Assembly (NCBI GenBank): GCA_016198905.1
Contig: JACQHR010000041.1
Coordinates: forward strand, 15,434 to 79,433
Length of the DNA: 64,000 bases
Direction of reading: 5' to 3'
From: Candidatus Omnitrophota bacterium
GTDB taxonomy: Bacteria > Omnitrophota > Gorgyraeia > Aquiviventales > Aquiviventaceae
In this document: in pieces, positions 18,937 through 26,385 of the stretch
Layout of the letters: the number at the start of each line of letters is the position of its first letter
How positions within the stretch are numbered: the stretch's first letter is position 1
Program-made: the position numbers and the translations under genes
Notes under the pieces: model-generated
What the model saw: the letters and a program-made list of their open reading frames with translations, nothing else
What the model was told of the DNA's origin: nothing
Databases searched by the model: none

Positions 18937-19776
18937 TTAAATATGCATCCCCAGCGATCGATCGGCAGCCACGCGCTGCGTTCCCTCGGGATAGCGCACC
19001 GACTCCCCCAACTCATCGCGCAACACTTTCTCGATTTCCTCTGCCAGCGACTGCAAGATTTTCTGTTGAGCCTGCGCGAGGGCCGGATGATCCGCATGCC
19101 GCGGTCGAGGCACGTCGATCCGTTCCACATCGCGAATGCGAGCCGGCCGCGCAGAGAGGACATACACGCGATCCGCCAACCCGATAGCTTCCCGTACGCT
19201 ATGCGTCACGAACAGCACCGAGCATCCGGTTTTCCGCCAAATCTCCAACAGCTCCTCTTGCAGGACCGCGCGCGTCTGCGCATCCAGTGCGCCAAAGGGC
19301 TCGTCCATTAAGAGGATGTCGGGCTGCATCACGAGCCCGCGGGCAATCGCGACCCGCTGGCGCATGCCGCCGGAGAGCTGATGCGGATAGGCGTGAGCAA
19401 ACTTCGAGAGGTGCACCAATTTGATGTAGGCCATCGCCGCGACGCGCCGTTCCTGCTTGGGCACATTCGCCATGCGCAGCCCAAACTCGACATTGCCCAA
19501 CACCGTCAGCCACGGAAAGAGCGCCGCGTCCTGGAAGACAACCACCCGGCGAGGTCCTGGACCAGTCACCGGCGTTCCGTCGACCAAAACGGTTCCGGCA
19601 TCGGGCGCATCGAGGCCGGCCACGAGATTCAGGATGGTGCTCTTGCCACAGCCCGTCGGGCCCAGCAGACACACAAACTCGCCCGGCTCTACAGCGAGGT
19701 TGATGTCCTGCAACACGTCAACCGCGTGGCCGTTGTGACGAAAGGACTTTGAGATGTGCTGAAGCTCAATGCGCAT
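18937..19776 (-). CDS. ABC transporter ATP-binding protein, NitT/TauT family
   Basis: Walker A GPTGCGKST, signature LSGGMRQRVAIARGL, Walker B LLMDEPFGALD. Confidence 0.9.
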   Translation of the reverse strand: MRIELQHISKSFRHNGHAVDVLQDINLAVEPGEFVCLLGPTGCGKSTILNLVAGLDAPDAGTVLVDGTPVTGPGPRRVVVFQDAALFPWLTVLGNVEFGLRMANVPKQERRVAAMAYIKLVHLSKFAHAYPHQLSGGMRQRVAIARGLVMQPDILLMDEPFGALDAQTRAVLQEELLEIWRKTGCSVLFVTHSVREAIGLADRVYVLSARPARIRDVERIDVPRPRHADHPALAQAQQKILQSLAEEIEKVLRDELGESVRYPEGTQRVAADRSLGMHI

Positions 19777-19824
19777 ACCGATGTCCTGTGCGAACGCTGG
19801 AATGCCTCCAACCGCCTGGCGAGC

Positions 19825-21006
19825 TCAGCGAGCGGCTGAGGCGTTCTGCCGCATCGCGGCAACCAAGATGGCCGCCACCTCAGGGCGAGAGATTTCATGC
19901 GGGGGCGGCGTTCCGGCCTGCAAGAGTTCTCGGACTTTCGTCCCGCTGAGCGACACGTGCTTCTCTGCCGGATGCGGGCACGTCTTGCTGGACACCATCC
20001 CCTCGCAGACGGTGCAGAACGCCATATTCTCGAAATTCAGCGGGGTGATGCCAATTTCTTCCGGTGTGAATGCATCAAAGATCTTCTGCGCGTCGTACGT
20101 GCCGTAGTATTTGCCTACACCGGCGTGGTCGCGCCCGACGATGAAATGCGTGCAGCCGTAATTCTTGCGGATGAGCGCATGGAAGATCGCTTCGCGCGGC
20201 CCGCCGTAGCGCATCGAAGCCGGGTTGACCGCCAAGATCACGCGATCCTTCGGATAATAATTCGCCAGAAGCGCTTCGTAACATTGCATGCGCACGGCCG
20301 CCGGGACGTCGTCCCCTTTGGTTTCGCCAATGATCGGGTGCAGGAGCATCCCATCGCAAATTTCCAGCGCGCATTTCTGAATGTATTCGTGGGCGCGGTG
20401 AATGGGATTGCGCGTCTGGAACGCCACGATGCGTCGCCAACCGCGCCGTGCAAACAGCGCTCGGGTATCTTTCGGGTCAAGCCGATAGGGTGCAAACGTC
20501 GTCGCCTTGGGGCGGTTCACGACGCTCACGCGTCCACCTAGATACGTGTCGCCAATGGCCTGAAGTCTGGCCACGCCAGGATGCGCGGCGTCGGTCGTCC
20601 GAAACACATGCTGCGCTTCGTTGGTTTTATCTGGCGTGTGGGCTTCGACCCGGTGCAGGATCGCGACAACCGTCCCGTTGGAGGTCAGCGCGATGTCTCC
20701 TTTCAGCCCTTGCGCCTGCGTTTTTGAGACGGCGAGGGTCACAGGGATCGTCCAGACCAATCCATTGGCGAGCCGGCGGTTGACCACGACGCTCTCGTAA
20801 TCGGCCTTGCCCATGAACCCTTGCAGCGGGCTGAAGCCTCCGATCGCGATCATCTCCACATCGGAGAGCGCCCACGCATCCAGCTCCACGGTTGGAAGCG
20901 TGCCGGCTGCTGCCAGCAGCGCGTCCCGTTCCTTGCCTTCTACGATGCGATTCACCAATGTGCCGCCATGCGCGTCAATCATGGGATCGTGCTCCAGTCG
21001 TGTCAT
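19825..21006 (-). CDS. sat: sulfate adenylyltransferase (ATP sulfurylase)
   Basis: QTRNPIHRAHE and VGRDHAGVG motifs. About 390 aa, the homo-oligomeric Sat type. Confidence 0.9.
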   Translation of the reverse strand: MTRLEHDPMIDAHGGTLVNRIVEGKERDALLAAAGTLPTVELDAWALSDVEMIAIGGFSPLQGFMGKADYESVVVNRRLANGLVWTIPVTLAVSKTQAQGLKGDIALTSNGTVVAILHRVEAHTPDKTNEAQHVFRTTDAAHPGVARLQAIGDTYLGGRVSVVNRPKATTFAPYRLDPKDTRALFARRGWRRIVAFQTRNPIHRAHEYIQKCALEICDGMLLHPIIGETKGDDVPAAVRMQCYEALLANYYPKDRVILAVNPASMRYGGPREAIFHALIRKNYGCTHFIVGRDHAGVGKYYGTYDAQKIFDAFTPEEIGITPLNFENMAFCTVCEGMVSSKTCPHPAEKHVSLSGTKVRELLQAGTPPPHEISRPEVAAILVAAMRQNASAAR

Positions 21007-21141
21007 TGGTCAATGAGAACCACGCGAGTTGCCCATTCCGCTTCAGGCAAAGTGATCTTAAAGATGCCATAGATGACAAATCATGTCAATATATAAAACG
21101 AAAGAAGTCCATAGTAGATTAGTGAAATGGTAGGATAAATA

Positions 21142-22467
21142 TTAACTGCTTCGCTGCTCAAATTGCTGCAACCAGGCTTTAATCGTTTTTTCGAACCCAA
21201 GGTCGGTCGGTTCGTAATACACGCGACGGGTAGGAAGGTAGTCCTGCTTCACGTGGTGCTGTGGATAATCATGCGCATATTTGTAGCCTGTGCCGCGACC
21301 GAGCTTCTTGGCGCTCTGATAACTGGCGTCCTTGAGATGTTGCGGCACCTCCAGCGTGCGCCCCTCTTTGACATCCTGCATCGCCTTCTCGATCCCGAGA
21401 TAGGCGGCGTTGGATTTTGGCGCGCACGCGATGTACACCGTAGCTTGCGCTAACGGAATGCGCGCTTCAGGCAGCCCTACGAATTCCGCTGCGTGCAGTG
21501 CGGCGGTCGCCAGCATCAGGGCTTGCGGATCTGCGTTGCCGACATCTTCAGAGGCACAGATGATGATGCGTCGGGCGATGAACCGCGGATCTTCGCCGGC
21601 ATAGAGCATTTTTGCCAGCCAATAGAGCGACGCGTGCGGATCGGAGCCGCGCATCGATTTGATGAAGGCGGAAATCGTATCGTAGTGCGCATCGCCGTCT
21701 CGATCGTAGATGACCGCTTTCTTCTGAATCGACTGCTCAACGGCTGCAACGGTGAGATGGATCATCTCATCGGGTCCTGCTGGTGTCGTCAGCGCCGCGA
21801 CCTCGAGGGCGTTGAGCGCACGACGCGCGTCGCCATCACATGCCTCGGCCAGATGCGCGAGAGCGGCGTCATCGGCGCGAATCGGCATGACCCCAAGTCC
21901 CCGCTCCTTGTCACGCAACGCGCGCTGCAGCAGCGTGCTGATATCCGTTGCGGCCAGCGGACGAAACTCGCAGACGAGCGACCGCGAGACGAGCGCCGGC
22001 GCAATGACGAAGAACGGGTTGAGTGTTGTGGCCCCGATCAAGATCGGATTGCCCTGCTCCACATCGGGCATGAGGACGTCCTGCTGCGCTTTGTTGAATC
22101 GATGGATTTCGTCGACGAACAGGATGGTGCGTTTGCCGGAGGTCTTCGCGCGCTGCTTGGCTTGAGTGAGCGCTTTGCGCACCTCGTCGACGCCCGCGGC
22201 CGTCGCGTTCAGCGGCTCAAAGGAGGCCTGGGTCGCACCGGCGATGATGTGAGCAAGCGCGGTCTTGCCTGTCCCTGGCGGGCCATAGAGGATGAGTGAG
22301 GTGATGCGATCGGCGTGAATGGCGCGGTGCAGGAGCTGCCCCGGACCCACGAGGTGCTGCTGGCCCACGAACTCTTCCAGGCTGCGCGGCCGCATCCGCG
22401 CAGCCAACGGTTGCGGTGTCGAGGCAGGTTCCTGGGGAGCACTAAACAAATCCATCAAGTTCGGCAC
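21142..22467 (-). CDS. rarA: replication-associated recombination protein A (AAA+ ATPase)
   Basis: RPRSLEEFVGQQHL, Walker A GPPGTGKTALA, FVDEIHRFNK, and the C-terminal MgsA helical domain YDxISAFIKSMRGSDP. Confidence 0.9.
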   Translation of the reverse strand: MPNLMDLFSAPQEPASTPQPLAARMRPRSLEEFVGQQHLVGPGQLLHRAIHADRITSLILYGPPGTGKTALAHIIAGATQASFEPLNATAAGVDEVRKALTQAKQRAKTSGKRTILFVDEIHRFNKAQQDVLMPDVEQGNPILIGATTLNPFFVIAPALVSRSLVCEFRPLAATDISTLLQRALRDKERGLGVMPIRADDAALAHLAEACDGDARRALNALEVAALTTPAGPDEMIHLTVAAVEQSIQKKAVIYDRDGDAHYDTISAFIKSMRGSDPHASLYWLAKMLYAGEDPRFIARRIIICASEDVGNADPQALMLATAALHAAEFVGLPEARIPLAQATVYIACAPKSNAAYLGIEKAMQDVKEGRTLEVPQHLKDASYQSAKKLGRGTGYKYAHDYPQHHVKQDYLPTRRVYYEPTDLGFEKTIKAWLQQFEQRSS

Positions 22468-22800
22468 TAAGAAAAAACGGCAAACAATTCTTGGACTTGG
22501 CGAGGTTGTTGCGCATCCTAACGGGCAGGAAAATCACTCAGCACGTCTATCTTAGTACTGAGTGCTTAGTGCTCTGTGCTAAGAAAAAGCCCCGTCTCTG
22601 CCGTTGGTTCCGTCCACGTTGAACCCTACCTCAACAGGTGGGTACCCTCTCCGATGGGGGATAGCGTCCCGTGTTTCGTTCTGGGCGTGCGAACCCCAAC
22701 GAAAGCCGGATTCCCGGTCACGTGGTGTTGGCTCACGTCGACTGGAACCTGACGCGCAGTACAGGGCTCATGTTTACGCTAGCACTGGGGCCGGCCAATT

Positions 22801-23547
22801 TCAAGGAGTTTTCGGCCCCGAGGTCGGAGGCGCCGGGGGCTTGCCGATCTCGTGGATGCCGCATTCGGTTTTTCCCTGCCCGGCCCAGCGTCCTGAGCGC
22901 GGATCATTCGGATCGACTGGTTTCTGGGTGTGCAACGCGCAGCCGATCGATGTGTAGCCCTGAAACCACAGCGGGTGATATGGAAGCCGGTGTTGTGTCA
23001 TGTAGGCGTGGACTTGCTTCGCCGTCCAGGCGGCAAGCGGGGCGACTTTGACGATCCCATTGCTGAGCCCCTCAACGATCGGGGTTTCGCGACGAGTGGC
23101 CGCCTCTTCCCGCATCAACCCCGCGATCCAGCAGCGCACGCCTGCGAGCGCTCGTTCGGTAGCTGCTCGCTTGTAGGCGCCGCAGCAGTAGTTGTCATCG
23201 ATCGGTTGAGTCGGATGTTGGCGCTTCAGCCGTTCAATGGTCGCGTCATCGAGTGTTGTGCGATAGACCGTCAGGTTCAGATGGAGGCGCCGGGTGAGAT
23301 CCGCCATGTGGTGGAGCGTTTCGGGAAACAAGAATCCCGTATCCACCGTGCGGATACTGATGTGCGGGTCGACGGACAGCGCCATGTGGAGAATCGCCGC
23401 GCTATCCGTCCCGAACGACGAGGTCAGCGCCACATTCGGACGGAATGTCTCGACTGCCCAGCGGATGATCTCCGTCGGGTGCGCGGACTCAAACGTGGCG
23501 TTGAGTCGCTGAACCTCTTGAGGGGTCAGGGCTGAGGCATTGGACAT
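22801..23547 (-). CDS. cysH: (phospho)adenylylsulfate reductase, thioredoxin-dependent family
   Basis: SSFGTDSAAILH P-loop-like motif, DTGFLFPET, CC pair (NYCCGAYK), SIGCALHT, and the C-terminal KTECGIHE. An alternative start lies at 23586. Confidence 0.85.
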   Translation of the reverse strand: MSNASALTPQEVQRLNATFESAHPTEIIRWAVETFRPNVALTSSFGTDSAAILHMALSVDPHISIRTVDTGFLFPETLHHMADLTRRLHLNLTVYRTTLDDATIERLKRQHPTQPIDDNYCCGAYKRAATERALAGVRCWIAGLMREEAATRRETPIVEGLSNGIVKVAPLAAWTAKQVHAYMTQHRLPYHPLWFQGYTSIGCALHTQKPVDPNDPRSGRWAGQGKTECGIHEIGKPPAPPTSGPKTP

Positions 23548-23592
23548 GCTGCTGGCTCCAACGAAAACACGCGCGCTGCGAAACATCCAGCA

Positions 23593-24147
23593 TCAGGATT
23601 TCGTCGCGTGCGCCTTGGCGGAAGGAATCCATCCTTCGCGCTCCAGGTAGCTCAGGATCGTCCTGAGGCTTTCCTGCTCGCTTTGGTGCTCGCTATCAAT
23701 GGTGATCTCGGGCTTCAGCGGGGCTTCGTACGGATCAGAGACGCCGGTAAAGTTCTTGAGCTCTCCGGCAATCGCTTTTTTGTAGAGCCCCTTCACGTCG
23801 CGCCGTGTGAGCTCCTCGATGGAGCACTGGACGTAGACCTCGATAAACCGGCCGATCTGCTCACGGTTATAGTCGCGGATTTCCCGGTAGGGTGAAATGG
23901 CCGCGCTGATGGCGATAACGCCATTGCGACTCAGGAGCTTGCAAACGTAGCCGATGCGCTTGATATTGGTGTCGCGGTCTTCCTTGCTAAAGCCGAGCCC
24001 CTTGCTGAGGTTCGTGCGCACTTCATCTCCGTCAAGAATTTCTACGTTGAGCCCGCGGTGCCGTAGCTCCTTGGCGACATAGTGCGAGAGCGTGGATTTG
24101 CCTGCCCCCGACAACCCGGTAAACCATAACGTGAACCCTTTGCGCAT
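23593..24147 (-). CDS. cysC: adenylylsulfate kinase
   Basis: [22 protein letters not shown]-loop, then [21 protein letters not shown]. Confidence 0.9.
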   Translation of the reverse strand: MRKGFTLWFTGLSGAGKSTLSHYVAKELRHRGLNVEILDGDEVRTNLSKGLGFSKEDRDTNIKRIGYVCKLLSRNGVIAISAAISPYREIRDYNREQIGRFIEVYVQCSIEELTRRDVKGLYKKAIAGELKNFTGVSDPYEAPLKPEITIDSEHQSEQESLRTILSYLEREGWIPSAKAHATKS

Positions 24148-24267
24148 CCGAGCATCCTCTCTGCTAGCGGGTGATGAAATGACCGGGACCGACGGTCTCA
24201 GCCCCGGAATACGGTGCCTGTAGTATAGCACAGCGTCGAGCGCACGTCTGCGTGCGCCTGTGTGCGT

Positions 24268-26379
24268 CTAGCGCAACGTCACGCCGAATCGGGTCATCAG
24301 CGTTTGGCCGATGCGCTGATGCACGGCGTCGACCTCCGCTGCGGTCAAGGTCCTCGCTGGATCGCGATACTCGATGGAAAACGTCAGGCTCGTTTTGCCT
24401 GCGGGGATTTGTTTGCCCGCGTAGCGGTCGATAAGTTCGATGATAGTCGCAAGCGGCCGTCCCGTCTCGCGCATGACCTGATGAAGGGCCGCAAACGGGA
24501 TCGTGTGGTCGATGATAAGGGACAGATCCCGCTTCACCGGTGGAAATGTGGCCGGCGCGTGCGCGTGCGGGGTTGCGCGCGTCAAGGCAAGCAGCGCAGG
24601 AACGGAGAGCTCTGCAAACCAGACGTCCTCTTCGAGATCAAGGGGCCGTGTGATGTGGCGCGCCACTTGTGCGGCCACGCCGACTGGCCGACCATCGATG
24701 GCGATATCGGCGCTCTGCCCAGGCTCGGCCCAGGCCAGCGACGCTGGGCTCATCTGAAGGATGGCTCCGGTGGTGTGCTGGGCGATCGACGTTATGAGCC
24801 CTTTGAGCCGAAAGAAATCCGCAGGCGTCTTGGTCTGCCAGTCCCGCGCCCACAGTCCTGAGAGGATGACGCCCAGGTGCGCGCATTCCGCCCTGTCTTC
24901 TTGCCCGAGCACGGATTGCGTCACGTGGCCGATTTCAAACAGACGCACTCCCAAAGCCCCTTGCGTGAGGTTGCGCCGCACGACATCGAGCAAGCCCACG
25001 AGCAGCGTCGGGCGCAGGTACGCATGGTCTTGGCTCAATGGGTTGGCCAGGCGCGCCGCGCGCGTCGCGTCACAGCGGCAACGAGCCAGGTCGCTCTCTG
25101 AAATCAACGACCACGTCACCGCCTCGGTGAGCCCAAGACCAGCGCACCGTTCACGAAGGGCGTGTGTCTGTTCGTGGGCGTGGTCTGGCGCTGCCTGTGG
25201 CTGACGCAGCGTCGTCGTGGGCAGAAGAGCCGGGACATGCTCATAGCCTGTGACGCGCACGACCTCTTCGATCAGGTCGACATCCTGCGTGAGGTCGCGG
25301 CGAAACGAAGGGACGGCGACGCGCAAGGAAGCTCCGGAGGCATCCGATGCGACATGGCACGAGAGGCGTGCGAAGGTCGTCCGCAGCGTCGGCACGCTGA
25401 TCGGCGCGCCGAGCAGCTGTGTGACGCGCGCGACATCGAGCGCGATCGTCGTCCGTTTGAACGTCGTCGTCCCGACATCTTGCACCGCGGTTTCGGTGCC
25501 GCCGGCGAGCTCTTGCATCAAGCGGGCCGCGCGAATTGAGGCCGCTTCGACGCCCATCGGGTCGACCCCGCGCTCAAAGCGGTACGAAGATTCGCTCACC
25601 AGTCCGAGGCTGCGCGCCGTGCGCCGGATCATCCACGGATCAAAGCAAGCACTTTCGAGCAGGATGTCCGTGGTCTGCGCGGTCACTTCACTGCCCACCC
25701 CGCCCATGATACCGGCAACCGCAACAGGATGCCGCGCATCCGCAATCACGAGCACGTCCGCGGCGAGTTTGCGAGCGACCCCATCGAGCGTCGTGATGGG
25801 CTCTGCGACCTGTGCCCGTCTGACGATAATCGTCCGCTGAGCCAGCCGCTGAAGATCAAAAGCGTGAAGCGGTTGCCCGTATTCGAACAGCACGTAGTTG
25901 GTGATGTCCACGATGGTGTTGATCGGCCGTGCGCCGCACGCGAGGAGCCGTCGCTGCATCCACGCGGGTGATGGGCCGATGGCAACACCCTCGATGACGC
26001 GGCCGATGTACCGTGAACAGCCGTGGTGATCCTCAATTCGAATGATGGGGCGGGGGGCGTGCTCGCCCCGGCTCTTGTCGTCGGCGGGCCGGGGGGGCGT
26101 GGGGCGAGTTTTGCTTTTCTCGTGTCTTGTGTCTTGTGTCTTGTGTCCCAAAGGCGGTTTCAGCCTCTGACCGGTGAGTGCCGCGACTTCGCGCGCCACG
26201 CCGATGATCGAGAGCCAGTCGGCGCGGTTCGGCGTGATTTCGACGTCGAAGATCGGCCCGCCGTCGACCTGTTCGATGCCTGTGACTTCGAGCCCCGCCA
26301 TCGTCAGCCGATGCGCGAGCGCTTCCGGTTTCAGCCGAATCGGCACGTACTCTTTCAGCCACTCCAGCGGAATTTTCAT
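24268..26379 (-). CDS. pheT: phenylalanine--tRNA ligase beta subunit, lacking the OB-fold tRNA-binding (B2) domain
   Basis: MKIPLEWLKEYV start. EITPNRADWLS, B3/4, B5 and FDX-ACB-like C-terminus (SLTFSIEYR). 703 aa. Confidence 0.9.
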   Translation of the reverse strand: MKIPLEWLKEYVPIRLKPEALAHRLTMAGLEVTGIEQVDGGPIFDVEITPNRADWLSIIGVAREVAALTGQRLKPPLGHKTQDTRHEKSKTRPTPPRPADDKSRGEHAPRPIIRIEDHHGCSRYIGRVIEGVAIGPSPAWMQRRLLACGARPINTIVDITNYVLFEYGQPLHAFDLQRLAQRTIIVRRAQVAEPITTLDGVARKLAADVLVIADARHPVAVAGIMGGVGSEVTAQTTDILLESACFDPWMIRRTARSLGLVSESSYRFERGVDPMGVEAASIRAARLMQELAGGTETAVQDVGTTTFKRTTIALDVARVTQLLGAPISVPTLRTTFARLSCHVASDASGASLRVAVPSFRRDLTQDVDLIEEVVRVTGYEHVPALLPTTTLRQPQAAPDHAHEQTHALRERCAGLGLTEAVTWSLISESDLARCRCDATRAARLANPLSQDHAYLRPTLLVGLLDVVRRNLTQGALGVRLFEIGHVTQSVLGQEDRAECAHLGVILSGLWARDWQTKTPADFFRLKGLITSIAQHTTGAILQMSPASLAWAEPGQSADIAIDGRPVGVAAQVARHITRPLDLEEDVWFAELSVPALLALTRATPHAHAPATFPPVKRDLSLIIDHTIPFAALHQVMRETGRPLATIIELIDRYAGKQIPAGKTSLTFSIEYRDPARTLTAAEVDAVHQRIGQTLMTRFGVTLR
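26122..26148. repeat. tandem heptanucleotide array (gtgtctt x3 plus partial) inside pheT
   Basis: The sequence reads gtgtctt gtgtctt gtgtctt gtgtcc. It encodes part of the linker HKTQDTRHEK on the minus strand. Confidence 0.8.
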
Positions 26380-26385
26380 CGCAAG

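Noticed and set aside
22468-22800. Assignment of the structured gap to RNase P RNA, tmRNA, SRP/4.5S RNA, 6S RNA, or a SAM or cobalamin riboswitch.
   Set aside because: - I looked for GAGGAAAGUCC, GGUAAGAGCGCACC and ACAGAAnCCGGCUUA (RNase P).
- I looked for a GGGG...tRNA-like 3' end and a tag ORF (tmRNA).
- I looked for GGAAGCAGCC (SRP).
- I looked for GGCAACC and B12-box cores.
- Only short partial matches were found (for example CCGGCUU), so no family call is justified. It is kept as an unassigned finding.
22604-23051. Plus-strand ORFs 22604..22957 and 22671..23051.
   Set aside because: They start in the non-coding gap and run antisense into cysH, and they have no motifs. They are shadows.
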